A stretch of DNA of 64,000 nucleotides from Stegostoma tigrinum (taxonomy: Eukaryota), in contig NC_081396.1 in the NCBI RefSeq assembly GCF_030684315.1, positions 1,240,001-1,304,000 on the forward strand. Reading direction: 5' to 3'. Position 1 is the stretch's first letter. Every line of letters begins with the position of its first letter. Below the pieces are notes generated by a model. That model was not told the DNA's origin. It saw only the letters and a program-made list of their open reading frames with translations, and searched no databases. The translations under genes were made by a program, and so were the position numbers. Positions 25,495-38,350 of this stretch are shown here, in pieces.

Positions 25495-25770
25495 CTCGAC
25501 AATGGGAAGTAGACCATTCAGCTCATTGACACCACACTGATTCTATGGCGTCCATCCCACCCAAACCCACCTCCCTACCCACTCCCTCTAACTGCACATT
25601 ACCATGAGCCATCCACTTAACTTGCACGTATTTGGAAGGTGGGATGAAACCGGAGTACTCATAGGAACCCCACGTCTGCACGGGAAGAATATGAAAACTC
25701 CAAACAGAAATTTTCCTCAGGATGGAATTGTAGCCCAGTCTCAGGCACTGTACTAACCAATCAACCACTG
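25495..25770 (-). mobile_element. HE1-like SINE, decayed
   Basis: Reverse-complement similarity to 20754-21052 (ccatccacttaacttgcacgtatttgg...gaaaccggagtac). Confidence 0.7.
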
Positions 25771-26459
25771 CAACATTCATTTGCGTTGGAATTGTCCACC
25801 TGAAGAGCTCAGAATGTTCAATACAAGATGTTGGACACTTGTGACAACCCATGTTCGTAACAAGATGGTTGAATGAATACAAGTGGAATTATGATATTGT
25901 TTTGTCATAACGTTGAAATGTTCATTCTATGTGGACCAAGGTCCGTAATGTTATCGACTGACAGGTAAGGTCCAAATGTTTGATCAGCCCAAATCCTGTC
26001 TTATATCCTTCGGTCAGAATATTTTATCTCCATTCTCCTCTCACCGCGCCCTTCTCTCATTGTAGTAGATATGATTTGTTGCTATTTATCGTTATCAGCC
26101 TTAGTGTCTCTGTCTGCAAATCTTTCTCTCCTCTCTCGTGCCACGGATGAATTTTGAAAGGGAGAATAACCTGTTGAATTATCTGAACAACTGTCTCAGT
26201 TTGTAGAGTGTGTTACCTTTCCAATGTTATGCGGTACAGACTGTGTTTCTACATTACATCTGTATCCCACTCTTTCTCTCTCTTGAGTTATTCCTCTTTC
26301 CCTCTGTTTTGTTTCTGGCTACTGTAATCTCTTCACTTTATCTCATTCCCTGAATGTTTATCCCTCTATCAAACAATTGCTGCTCGTCACTAACTCCATG
26401 AAACTCTTCCTGGATCTCTTCCTCCCCACCCCCTACTTCTCTATCTCTCAGGCATTTTC

Positions 26460-27710
26460 CTAAAACATTCCTGAGTCTGACACTTCGTATCCATTGCAAA
26501 CCTACCGACTCCAACCTGGACAAGACATCCTCACACCCCACTTACTGTAAAGAATCCATCCCATTGTCTCAGTTCCTCTGTCTCTGTTGCATATGTTCAG
26601 ATGAGGCCATCTTTGACAACGGAACATCCGAAATGTCCACATTCTTCCTCAGCTGAGGATTCTCCAGCTCAGTTGTCGACAGGGCCCTTCATCGGGTCCG
26701 ACACATCTCCCACACTTCTGCACTCACCCCTTCTCTTCCCTCCCACAACAGCGGCAGCATTCCCATTATCATCAGCTACCGCCCCACCAGCATCCACATC
26801 CAGAAGATCATCAGACGCCATTTCTGCCACCTCCAGTAAGATGCCACCATCAAAAACATATTCCCCTCTCCTCCTTTGCCCGCCTTCCACAAGGACTGTT
26901 CCCTTTGTGACACTATGGCCCTCTCTTCCTTCACCCCCAACACCTCGCCACAGTCCTATGGCAGCTTCGCCTGTAACCGGCGTAGGTGTAACACTAGCTT
27001 ATCTAAGGGCCCAAGTACACCTTTCAGATGAAGCCATACTTCATCTGCACTTCCAATAATCTAGCCTACTGCATTTGCTGCTCACAATGTGGTCTCCTCT
27101 AGATTGGGGAAATGAAGCAGAGACTTAGGGATCACTTCACAGAACATCTACGTTCTATTCCCCCCAAAAAAGACCCTGAGCTACCTATTGCCTGCCACAT
27201 CAAAGTACCACACTGCTCACTGGCCAAAACCTCTATCTCCGGCTTACTACAGTGTTCCAGTGAAGTCCAAAGCAAAATCGAAGAACAAGAGCTGGTTTTC
27301 TGCTTGGGGGACCTACAGCCCTCCGGGCTCAATATTGAGTTCAATAATTTTAGGGTCTAAGCTCCCCTTGTCCCAGCACCCCACCCCACACACCAGGCCT
27401 TGTTATCAGATAGCCTGCCACTACACATCACCTGTTGTTAATCACTAACAGTCCCCATTTACAACTATTCACCCTCTCAGCCTGATTGTTAGCAACTACT
27501 TTGTCTGTCCAAATGTCTTTCTCTCTCTTTGGGTTCTATTCTGTCTTTTACTCCCTATCATCTCCCTGTTTTCGCCATATAAACTGACGTTTTCCCAGCC
27601 ACTATCAGTTCTGAGGAAGGGTCACCTGGTCCAAAATGTTAACTCTATTTTCTCCTCCACAGATGCTTCCAGACCTGCTGAGCTTCTCCAGCAAATTTGT
27701 TTTTGTTCGC
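26460..27710 (+). mobile_element. Penelope-like retroelement 3' part (RT C-terminus, GIY-YIG endonuclease, pLTR)
   Basis: CKESIPLSQFLCL, then CTSNNLAYCICCSQCGLL*IGEMKQRLRDHFTEHLRS (GIY-YIG YIGET motif); 3' pLTR with a decayed CTGAGGA..CAAAA hammerhead-like core near 27611. Confidence 0.85.
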
Positions 27711-29547
27711 AAAAGGATAACATCCACCACAGTCAAGTCATCAGAAGTACGAGTGTACAGCTGTTCCTACTGTCCACTCCTCTAACACGACTATGATGGA
27801 GAAAAAGTATTAATGTTGAAGATCTTAATCACATTCCCCCTGACCCTGTTGCCTCGGTAACCTGTCCTTGTCACCATGCACAATAACTCGATTCCAAATG
27901 TAACATACTTTTTTTCTTAGAATGCAACTTTCATTTTTCTTTGTTTATTATTTGCCATCTATTCCAGGATCGAGCAAATGTGTTTTAAACGTGCTGAGTA
28001 TCGACTACAAAGTTGCAAACGTGTGTAATGAACAAAGCTGGAAACATAGACAGATAAAATGCGGTTTTCATTTAGGACGGGCAGAGACTAGGAATAACTG
28101 TGCAGCTCTAACATGAGCAAAGGACAAAAAAAAGTTATTCAGAGAAATAGATTAACAAATAGGCAACACATTTCCAATTTAAATTGAGAATCGCATTTCA
28201 CATTATTATTTCAATTAAACAATTGTGTTAACCTTTTTTCGTTTATCCCACCCTGATGGTAGATTGGTTAAACTCGACCTCCTGACACCCTGTCATGGCG
28301 AATACAGTGCTTAACGTTTTACTTATCTTTTTCTACCCAGAATTCCTATCTCACACATCAAAACTTTTTTGTTAATTTCTACTACGACCAAATCAGTTTT
28401 CTTTATATTTACATGTGCAATTAATTTCTTCAGAAAAATAAAACTAATAGGAAGCGACAGCACAGCCAACACTTTAATTAGACCTGCTTGTGTGCTTTGC
28501 CAGACCACCATTCTCACACTACCTGTGGTAGAATTTCACTCCAGAACTTTTGGCATAGAGGTAGGCGATGCTTTCACTTTATGCCAAGACACGTCAAAAG
28601 AGGATGTGAATTGTCAGATTAATTCATGGACGATTTTTAGTGTCCTTTGAATCTTCTCGCAGTTACTCCATACATCTTCCAAGGATGCTTCTGAAGTACA
28701 AACGGTGGGGAGTTTCCTGCAAAACGCTTGTCTAACTTTAATCTGAGTCCGAGGGCAAAATGTAGAAAGACATAAATACTTACTTCGATATTCTAATTTT
28801 CTTTTTCGGTATATCACCTAAAATGTTCTGTTGTAAGCCTCGAATGGAGCCAATGTACTTTACTACACTCAATATTGAAGGAAAATGTATAAAGATGCAA
28901 CATGAAGAATGTTAGAAACACTGATAAATGGAACTAAACAGTAATCGCACCGGATACAGTGACAAATACGGAGGAATTAAAAATAAAAAAAAGACATATG
29001 CAATACGAGCAGAGGACAGATAATGAGGCAACTAGGGAAACTAAAGAGAGGGTAGGATCTGGATAAGGTTACAAATTAAAAAAAACGTCATTCATGAGAA
29101 AAAGAAAATCAGAAATGTATTTGATTTGATCTACTATGCAGGGACATCGTCAATGGTTAAGTAGCTGACTTGGTTGAAACCTATGTTTCCAATAAGATGC
29201 ACAAGAAATTGGCCTGGAGAGAGATGTTCACTTTGCGCATTGCGTAAAGTTTTCAGTGCTGCCACCAAAGGGTTTCAGTCTCACATATTGCAATGTTTTC
29301 AATTATAAACCATGAAAGAAACTGGTGTGAACACACTGCCAAGCGAACCCTGTGCAGATCTTGCGTCTATTTACATCTGTCTGATCAGTATTACTGACCT
29401 TAAATATTGGCAAACTGCATTGATGATTTTTACACGTTTGCCATTGGCTTGATCAGCATTACAACGGGCCAGGATCTGCATCTCTCTTCCAACAGAGCAG
29501 TTCTGGGATTCTGATCCAATCATGTTAAACTAGTATCTGGTGGTTAG

Positions 29548-29763
29548 GAACAAAAACAAGGCTGCTGGAAAAAAAGTCAGCAGGACTTTCAGAATCTGTG
29601 AAGGAGAAAACAAAGAACATGTTTCGCCTTGGGTGCTTGGGAAGGCTCACTGGGCCTTAAATGTTAACTCTGTTAACTCTGATGCTGCCAGACCTGCTGA
29701 GCTTTTCCAGCAACTTTGTTTTTGTTCCTGATTTAAAGCCACTGCAGTTCTTTTGGTTTTTAT
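29548..29763. mobile_element. Palindromic Penelope pLTR-derived element
   Basis: Inverted arms gaacaaaaacaaggctgctggaaaa..cagcagg / cctgctgagcttttccagcaactttgtttttgttc; same family as 27600-27710 and 31340-31505. Confidence 0.75.
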
Positions 29764-29879
29764 TTAGCATTTGATATTAGTATTTTGGAGATACGATATG
29801 CTAATTCTAAAATAAGCAATTCCAGAAGTGTCTCGTTTTACTTATATGCTTTTCTAAAGATAGCACATCTCTTTCACAG

Positions 29880-30131
29880 GTAGACTCTGTGCATTTCCAG
29901 TGAGTCAATCTACAGTGGAAATCAATGAGCAGAATGCTGGTGAAGCGCAGTTGGTCTCTGACTATAAATTACTGGATACTTACATCATGGAATGGTTTAA
30001 GCAGAAGTGAGCGCAGGCTCCAAGGTGGGGAATAATAACATCAGTAACATGGAAGCAATTCAAGGTATCAGTACGCTATTTGGCAACAGTCGACAAACAC
30101 AGTAAGTCCTCCAGTTAACGAATACAGGGGG
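29880..30131 (+). pseudogene. TCR V pseudogene, 3'-truncated (no second Cys, no RSS)
   Basis: Acceptor ctttcacag, then a single frame GRLCAFPVSQSTVEINEQNAGEAQLVSDYKLLDTYIMEWFKQK*AQAPRW...RYLATVDKHSKSSS*RIQG; first Cys changed to Ser; two stops. Confidence 0.75.
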
Positions 30132-32244
30132 ACGAAAAAAGTTAGAAATTGGCTGCCCAGGGAGGCACTAATGGCCATTAAATAAAAAAAAACAGTATGA
30201 TGACTGATAGTCATAGCCGAAACACTTCATGACAAAATATCACACGAACTGTCCTACGGGTTTTTGGGGAGGAGGTGGGAATCATTCTCACCTTTCTGTG
30301 ATGTATTGCAGTGGGCCCTCAGGACATTGCATGATTCCCAGATTTCAGGGAGAATGGTATCTCGAAGGTGGACATCATTTGCCTTGCTTCTGGACATGAT
30401 AGTTTTGATATATTTATCAGCGTTGTAATCAGCAAAAGCTGCTGCTTGAGGCCTTTTCAAAAAATGGCACCAAGGGGCAGGAAACTTGTAGGGTCACACG
30501 CTAAAATGCCTGAAATTGAAAGCAAATTGTGCATGCTTAGAGTTTTGAAATTCCTGCGATTAGATTGGTATTTCTTTCCAAATAGAACAGAATTTTGAAT
30601 TTGGTGGCGGTGGCTGGATGTGGGGAAATTTTGTCGGTTGAATGTTGAATACGACAGCAGGTCTTTAATAACAAGAGGTAGAGATGGAAGAACACAGCAG
30701 GCCAAGTAGCATCTTAGGAGCAGGTAAGCTGAGGTTTCGGGCCCAGTCCCTTCTTATTTTGATCTTAAGTTGTATGCCTGATATGGCAATGTTCAATGTA
30801 ATTATTCAGAATATTAATATTTTATTCATGCATCTAAAGGGGGAGCAAGCTGCATGGAGACAATTTGATTGTTTTTAATTTCACAGTTTTAAAGTTGAAA
30901 TGTTTTGTAATTTAATCTTTTGGATATTATGAACAATGTCTATTTTTGGGTAAATTGATGTGTTTGCATCTTCCTTTCCCATAGGTAGTAAGTTTTGTAT
31001 GTTATAGGTTATCGCCGAGGTTAAACTTGATATTGCCACACATTTCTGTGGAATGATGGTCAGATGGCTGTGGAAATAACACCTATAACAAGAAACTTCA
31101 AAAAGACCCTTATTCAGAACTGTCTATCACTAAATCTGTTAACATATTGCCCATAGTCTTGTACCATGTTTTCATGTGTAAACATGAAAACCTATCTTCT
31201 CCATTTTCCACCTCTCTATCTGCAGACGTGATTGTACACTGCATCTCATCACACACTTTTGACATGATGTAGACAGGCTGCAATTCACATGTCTATCAAT
31301 CACCATCATAAAAAAATCCAATTCTTCTCTCCGGCTGCATATAAGCTGACGTTTTCCCAGCCACCATCAGTTCTGAGGAAGGGTCACCGGCCCCAAAACA
31401 TTAACGCTGTTTTCTCTTCCACAGATGCTGCCAGATCTGCTGAGCTTTTCCAGCAACTTTGTTTTTGTTCCTGATTTACAGCATCCAACGTTCTTTTGAT
31501 TTTTAATCACCGTCATATTTACTGTGTCCAGAAATTTCCTTCATCTAGCCTCGTTTGCACATGGTAATAAATATTACTTGTTGTTATTCTTAGATATTCG
31601 TTTATATTCTATCATGGGATCAAGACAAATTTAGGTAGCAATTTTGCCCACTCATTATTGACATTAAATTGTTTTATTGCCTGCCATTTTCAGAGACCAG
31701 TTCAGAGTTACAGATTGCAGTCACAAATTGGTCAAGGTGAATAAGGATGGCTGATTTGTTTTCATAAAGATGTTCTATTAGGTGATTTTTTTTAACAGCA
31801 GTTTATTATTACATCACCGTCACCATTTCTGAAATTCAATTTAAAAACAGGAGTTGATGTATCGACTTCAACAGTCAGTATCTGCAATGGAATGTTTTAA
31901 ATCCAAACATTCTGAATAGAAAACATTAATGTGGTCCACTGGATCAGTAGTCCATTGACATTAATGTAACCAATCCCTCTCTGTTTTCATTATCATTACT
32001 AGTCCTAAACTCAAAACGGTATGCGTTTGTGGCAACATTTCTCCTTTGAAGTAAGAACTTGGTTTTAAATGAACTCAAGAGAATTAAACACCATTGTATT
32101 AAAGAGAAACTGTTGCACAATCCGACAGTCTTTTCCTTCTGAAGAGATGAAAGACAGCGAAAAGTCCATCTCACAAAGGCTGTAAATGGAATGGCTCTTA
32201 ACATCTTTCCGGATAAAGTCGCATTCTAGTTCGCACCATATGGG

Positions 32245-32648
32245 CGCCTGTTTGAATTATAGGGAATTGACTGCGTCTCTGTGTGGTCCTAATTGCGCAG
32301 AGACACATGGCAGTTTCAGGAAATTTATAATCGTTATATCGGTTCTATGAATCCTTCAACATCCGAAGTGATCATTGCATGAAAACACATAAGGATCATG
32401 TTCATTTGTCTTGAAAGCGTGCTTTACCATGGCATCATCTATTTTTCCGACAGTTACTTCAGACATTGGATGTCTTATTGTTCCATAGCAGCTGCACTCT
32501 AATACAGAGCAAAAATGATATCTACAATCAGCATCAAAGACTGATCATCGTAAGCACCAAAAATCATCACTAACATTCTCCCAACAATGACACCAAGTGT
32601 GGCCAAAGAAGTTATAACTGACTGTAGGTGAATGGCGATAAGCCGCGT
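32245..32648 (-). pseudogene. TCR V pseudogene with leader, 83-nt intron and internal deletion
   Basis: Leader-like (ACG)RLIAIHLQSVITSLATLGVIV at 32648-32582; acceptor tgtattag; ECSCYGTIRHPMSEVTVGKIDDAMVKHAFKTNEHDPYVFS.. (aligns with FR1-CDR1 of V2); ends ETAMCLCAIRT plus heptamer CACAGAG (32283-32277); nonamer decayed. Confidence 0.65.
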
Positions 32649-33337
32649 GCTCACTTCACTCGAATTGCTTAATGGATTAAAAGAAAACGATCATTAATGC
32701 TATTATTATGAAGAGCTGCATGGGTCTGTATCCCAAAAGATTTCCAGACACGTTTACGTATCAATGCAGTAAATTACCTGTCAGAGCAAAAACACTGTTC
32801 ACTGTCTCACAATCTACTTCTCTAGAATTGCTCAAAGGTATCAATTAACTATAAACGTAAATTGTGCCGAGTATAAGCCTGAAGAGCAAAATTTGAGCAA
32901 GAAAGCCGCAGCCTCAAGACTGAGAGCAGCCCCACCAGCCAAAGATAAAATGATGGGAATGTAATAGTAATGCCTGAGCATCGAGAACGCTTGCCCACAC
33001 CCTGCACCTGCTCAATGTACAGCTGCAGAGAAAGTCAGGTTGTTGAGAGGGGTTCAGTGCACGAGTAGTCGTGTTGGGGAACTATGAAGTGAAATACAAC
33101 TTCCTAAAGTGAATAATCAAATTTCCTGAATGCATGTGCTTCTCTCCTCATCTTTGAGATCCCACATTTTGTAAATTTATACTTGAATCTTATTTTCCCA
33201 TGACATTGGATATTGTGTTCCAGATCATAACAAATCTCAGTAAAATAAACACAACTCAACTATCCCGATCTTTATCCTCCTCTACAGTTAGGTTAACTTC
33301 TTTTTTAATCGTCTACTGGTAGAAACCAGAACAATGG

Positions 33338-33620
33338 GGAGGCACTGGCCTCGTGGTGTGTTGTTGGAATGTCAATACAGAGATCCAAGCAATCGTTTGG
33401 AGACGGGGGTTCGAATTCCTTTGAGTAAAAATCCGTAATTAAGCAGCTAATGATGGCCATGGTAACAGTACTGATTGTTGGGAAAAAAATCTGGTTCACT
33501 TCAGGGATGAAATCTGCCATCATTGCCTGGTCCGGCCAAAATTTAACTCAGGACCCACGGCAAGGTTGTTGACTCCTTTCTTCCCTCTGGGATGGGTATT
33601 AAATATTGGCCTGGAAGTAA
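33338..33620 (+). mobile_element. Second tRNA-related SINE family, decayed
   Basis: A-box-like tggcctcgtgg, B box GGTTCGAATTCC at about 33408-33419, followed by a typical SINE body. Confidence 0.55.
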
Positions 33621-34641
33621 CAGTCTCAATCTGTGAACGAATTTAATATAAGGAGCGATGAAAAAATTTTAAGCAATGAAATTTCAGCAAGTCAATTAAT
33701 TGTCATTCTATCCTAGGTAATGAAAAGCTATCACGTTATATTTTTCAATTGTTTTCACATGAGAGGTTCTCTGCTTTAGCATCTTTCTGTTGGATCGATT
33801 GTTTCTCCAAACTCTTTCGTCTTTGGATTGGACATTGTCATCTAATGGACATGTGCAACTGGTGTGAGTAAAGTGATAAGATGAGTTTACCTCCCTCTCA
33901 TTACACAGTGTGACTTCAATACTGATCCGAAGATCGCTTTCTGCTTTAAAGTCTTCGACCTCATGCATTCCAGTTCGCACCCCAAGCACCAATAAAGAGA
34001 TGCTTCTGACAACACCTTTGCCTTTGCTTTATGGCAGAGATTAGGGAATATTAATCGAGGCAAATATTTTTTCGTTCAAATTGTATGGTACAACTGTCTT
34101 TGCACCTCACCACTTCTTGAAGGTTTTCCAGTTCAAAGGTGTCTTGTTTGATCTTGCATTAGTCATTTCAAAGGCAACCATTATCGTAATGGCTGCACAG
34201 CATGTTATTAATCCAGTAAAATTGTAGTTACAAATGGAATACATTGACAAAATTAATGCTTTCACTTTCAATTTAATGAAGAAACAGGACAGAAACATTT
34301 AGATGAAGGCTGAAGGCATGGTGAGCGGGGAACTGAATGCAGTGGGAGACGGAGTGAAAACCAAAATGACAGATTACTGACAGAAATATATGCACAAAAG
34401 GAGAGAAAAGAAACGTTTGCAATGAACGTTGGGATATCATGCATTAATTAGATGCAACTGACTCGGATTGGTACACAGGTCGCACCAGGAGTGAGTTATC
34501 TGCCAATCATGTCACAGGGTAGTATTTCCTTTTATCCCATACAAGGACATCGCCAACGACTTTTCCCCTTCAATATTTTGCACCACTTTTAACACGGGTA
34601 AATCATACAGCTGCATTCCATCTACATCTAAATCAGAAACG

Positions 34642-35075
34642 ATGTGTTCTTCACATTTCTTGCTGATAGGACTGATCTTGATGCCTGGTGAGTGTATTTG
34701 TTTCAGACTAATACTTGTTGAGTGTAATTCCTCCAATTTTTAATCTGCATTTTATATTCCTGTTGCAGGTACGAGTGGCATCGATTCAGTCTCTCAGGAT
34801 ACTTCTGATTTAACAGCTCAGGAAGGAGAGACTATCGCTCTGAACTGCAATTATTCCACGACTGATACCTTTCCTTACCTCTTCTGGTATATTCAACACC
34901 CAGGGAGTTCCCTGACATATATATTGAAGAGATACGGCAATGATCTGGGCGAGACTGCTGTAAATTTCCGCAGCAGGTTCACTGCTTCCTTGGACAACGA
35001 ACAAAGAATTGTTACGTTGAGAGTCCTTGAGGTTCTTGTCTCTGACTCCGCCGTGTATCATTGTGCACTGCGCCC
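34642..35075 (+). CDS. TRAV: T-cell receptor alpha/delta V segment V2 (leader 34642-34687, intron 34688-34768, V exon 34769-35075), open frame; absent from the ORF track
   Basis: Leader MCSSHFLLIGLILMP with GTGAGT donor; acceptor gttgcag; GTSGIDSVSQDTSDLTAQEGETIALNCNYSTTDTFPYLFWYIQHPGSSLTYILKRYGNDLGETAVNFRSRFTASLDNEQRIVTLRVLEVLVSDSAVYHCALR, a classic TRAV/TRDV pattern. Confidence 0.95.
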
Positions 35076-35114
35076 CACACTGTTATAGGGGCACAGTCAG
35101 CATGTACAAAAACT
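35076..35114 (+). other. 23-RSS of V2
   Basis: CACACTG (35076-35082), 23 nt, ACAAAAACT (35106-35114). Confidence 0.92.
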
Positions 35115-36159
35115 GGCTAAGGATATTCACCACATTTCAGGCTGTGAGGTTAGGCAAAATGGTTACTGAGAGAAAAAGAAAACAGATATCAGCATGCAAC
35201 GTGTGATTTGGGTAAATACTGTTTCTCTTTGTCTTCATTCAATTTTCTTTTGAAATACCAATACGATTTTGGGGCCACCTGTTCGTGGAGCTAATATCTA
35301 ATTTCAAAAACAATGCTTTGTTCAAATAAGAGTGAAAATGTGTGGTAAAAAACAATTACATATAACAGAATAGGCAAACATTTTATTTTTCACCATAGGC
35401 CATATTCCATTCTGAGATGCTTGAATGAATATGTAAACCACATTGTTCTTCGCGAAATACAATCCATGACTGACATGCAGCCACAGGCAATACTTCTCTA
35501 ACTGAACATGACGCATCAGACAATAAAATTCAATTTTTCTCCAAATAGGTCTCTGGTTTGGTACAAAGCATATTGTACAATCTCAATATTTATAACTGCT
35601 ATTCCACAACAGAGAGGCAACCAAGCAACTCTAGATGTTCTCTCGCCACTGGAGCATGCTATGCGAGAGCATCTAAGGGGGGATATGAACAATGGATCTC
35701 TTGGAACTGTGAGCCCAAGATTTCCTCTGCTGTTTCACAGCTAGAAAATTAGTAATATAATTCATTAGCAATGTCTCGCTAGTAGCATTGAAAAATATAT
35801 ACATTTCTCAAAATGACCAGAATAAACGCTCACACATCGCTGGAAGAGTTTCTCGTATCCTTTCTGGTTACAGATGCTTCAGATTGTTCACCTCTGTAAC
35901 CAACCAAAGCAAACCTATAAGTGATGCAGAAGGAAATTTATTTTATAATGTTGCTTTTTCTTTAACGTGGTCACTTTTTAGAATGTTCAGCTTCCATAAG
36001 CCGGGATGGTTATTTTGTATTTTGTTTTAAAGTTTCCTATTTGACACTTCTTCTGTCTTCTGAATGTAATTCTGCCACACGTGTCTGTTTGATCTTTTAC
36101 TATTCTAACTCATCCTCCTCTTCACTTTCCTTTTTTCTGGGTTCCAATTTTAGGCAGTA

Positions 36160-38350
36160 AGAACATAAGACATTGGGGCAGAATGACATCATTCTGCCCA
36201 AGAATGTGTTCTCCCATTTGTTCATGGCAAAAATGTTTCATAAAGCCTCTCTCCTGGGTTCTGTCTCTGATCTCTTGCTAATCAAGAAAGCATTTATCTC
36301 TACCTTAAAATCACTTAACGACTTGGTCTCCTGAACTTTCAGTGCCAACTAGTCCCAGAGGTTCACCACACTCTGGCAGTAGAAATTCCACTTCATCTCA
36401 GTTCTAAAGACCCATTCCTTCAAGTTAAGAATGTGCCATTGTGTCTGAAACGGTCGTACTATCAGGAACATCTTACTGATATTCTTTGTGCCCAAGCCTC
36501 TTATTATTCTGTGCGGCTCAATGAGATCTCCCTTTTAATTTTAACTTCCATTGAGAACAGATCCAAAGTCTTCAACGTTTCCTCATATGTCAAGCCCAAG
36601 ATTCCCAAGATCATTCTTGGGAATCCCCTCTGCATCTGCCCCCAGTACCCACACTCCTGCCAAGGACAGTGCAATTTCCCTTGGATATGAACTAAAAACC
36701 TCACATAATTGCCCAAAAGTGGCCTGTGGATAGCCGTTTATATTTTCAGCAGGACAGCACAACTCTTGATTTTTTTGTCCTGTCTAACTGAATGCTAACC
36801 TGGTCAAGGGCCTCTGGAAATCCAAATAGATCACTTACACTGGCTGTTCTGTGTCAAGATTCCTCATCACCTACCCAAATAATTCCAATGGATTTGTGAG
36901 GCATGGCTTCCACTTGGTGAAACGTACAGACTCATTTTTTTTTCCCCATCCACTTCATGTATCGTCCCTAATAATGGTCACTATTTACTTACTGATAAGG
37001 AGTTCAGTATAATTGGCTTGTAACTTACAGTATTATATGTCTCTCCCTTCCTGAAGATCCGTGTCACATTAGCCCTTTTTCACTCCTTTAGCACATTGAG
37101 TGACTCCAGTGATTCATGAAAGGTCACTGTCATTTCCTCAGGTATTTCTGTCAGAATGTTGCAGTGCAGTACATTGGTTTGGGTGACTTACCCACCTTCA
37201 ATCCTTTCAGCTGCACCAGCACCTCCACTTTCATGATGCCCACTGCACTCAAATATGCCTCTGATGCTTTTGAAATTGTGATATGCTATTGGGGTCTTCA
37301 AACGTGAAAACTGATACAAAATAGGTATTCCGTTCCTTCACTATTTCTTTTATTGTTAACTCATTTGTATTTCTCCAACCTAATTTTCCATTTACCTAAT
37401 GCAGATTCTTGTCTCTTTCTTATCTTTCATGTATCCAGAACTAACTCTTGCAATTTGCTTTTATATGACTAGTTAGCATTCTCATATTTAGTCTACGTTG
37501 CATTTATTACTATCTTCTGTCGTTCTGTTTTAGTGTCATCCACACACTTACTAATCACGTAGTTCACATTCTCATCCAAATAATTGGTCTGGATAACAAG
37601 CAGGAATGGGCTATGCACCGGCTTTTGAGGCACACCACTCTTCACAGGCCTTCATTGCAAGAAACATTCATTCTGGTATTACTTTCTGCTTCCTCCCATA
37701 TAGGCAATGGTGCATCTAATTTGCCAGCTTTCAATGGATTCCAAACGATCTAATTTTACAGAACAGCCTCACAAGGTGGAACATTTTCAAAGGACTTACT
37801 AAAATCCATGTCAACTATGTCTACAGTCTTGCCTTCTTCAACGATCCTGTTCACTTCATCTAAGAGCAAAAACAAATTTGTCAGGCATGATCTCTCATGC
37901 ACGAAGCCTTGCTGATGATCAAACCCTGTCTTCCTAAATGCATGCATGTCCTAACCCTTAGAATCTTCTCAATTATCTTAATTGTAACAGATGTTAAGCT
38001 TCTTGGTATATAATTCCCTGTTTGTTCTTTGCAGCCCTTCTTGAATAAGATCACAATATTCACTGCCCTCTAGTCTTCTAGAACCTAACTTGTGGCTAAT
38101 GCTGATGCAACTACATCAAACAGGACCCGTGCAACTTTTTCTTGAGAATCTTATATTGTTATCTGGATAGATCCAATCAGGAACAGGAGATTTATTCACA
38201 TTCAAACATTCTAGCACTTCTAACATGTCATCTACAGTGATATGGACTGTCCCCGAGATATTTTCATGAACGACCCCATATTCCCAAGTCTTCATGCCTT
38301 TCCTAACAGTTAACATAGAGGAGAAATATTCCTTAAGATGAGCAGTAAAT
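36160..38350 (-). mobile_element. CR1 LINE fragments (ORF2 and 3' end)
   Basis: QQGFVHERSCLTNL..VDIVDMDFSKSFENVP; NIVILFKKG..GNYIPRSLTSV; LNVNKSPVPD; taagaacataaga tail at about 36160. Confidence 0.85.

Noticed and set aside
33904-33910. Perfect CACAGTG heptamer
   Set aside because: No nonamer at 12 or 23 nt and no YxC coding end upstream.
35092-35098. Second heptamer-like CACAGTC inside the V2 RSS spacer (possible dual 12/23 RSS)
   Set aside because: Only 7 nt separate it from the nonamer, not 12.
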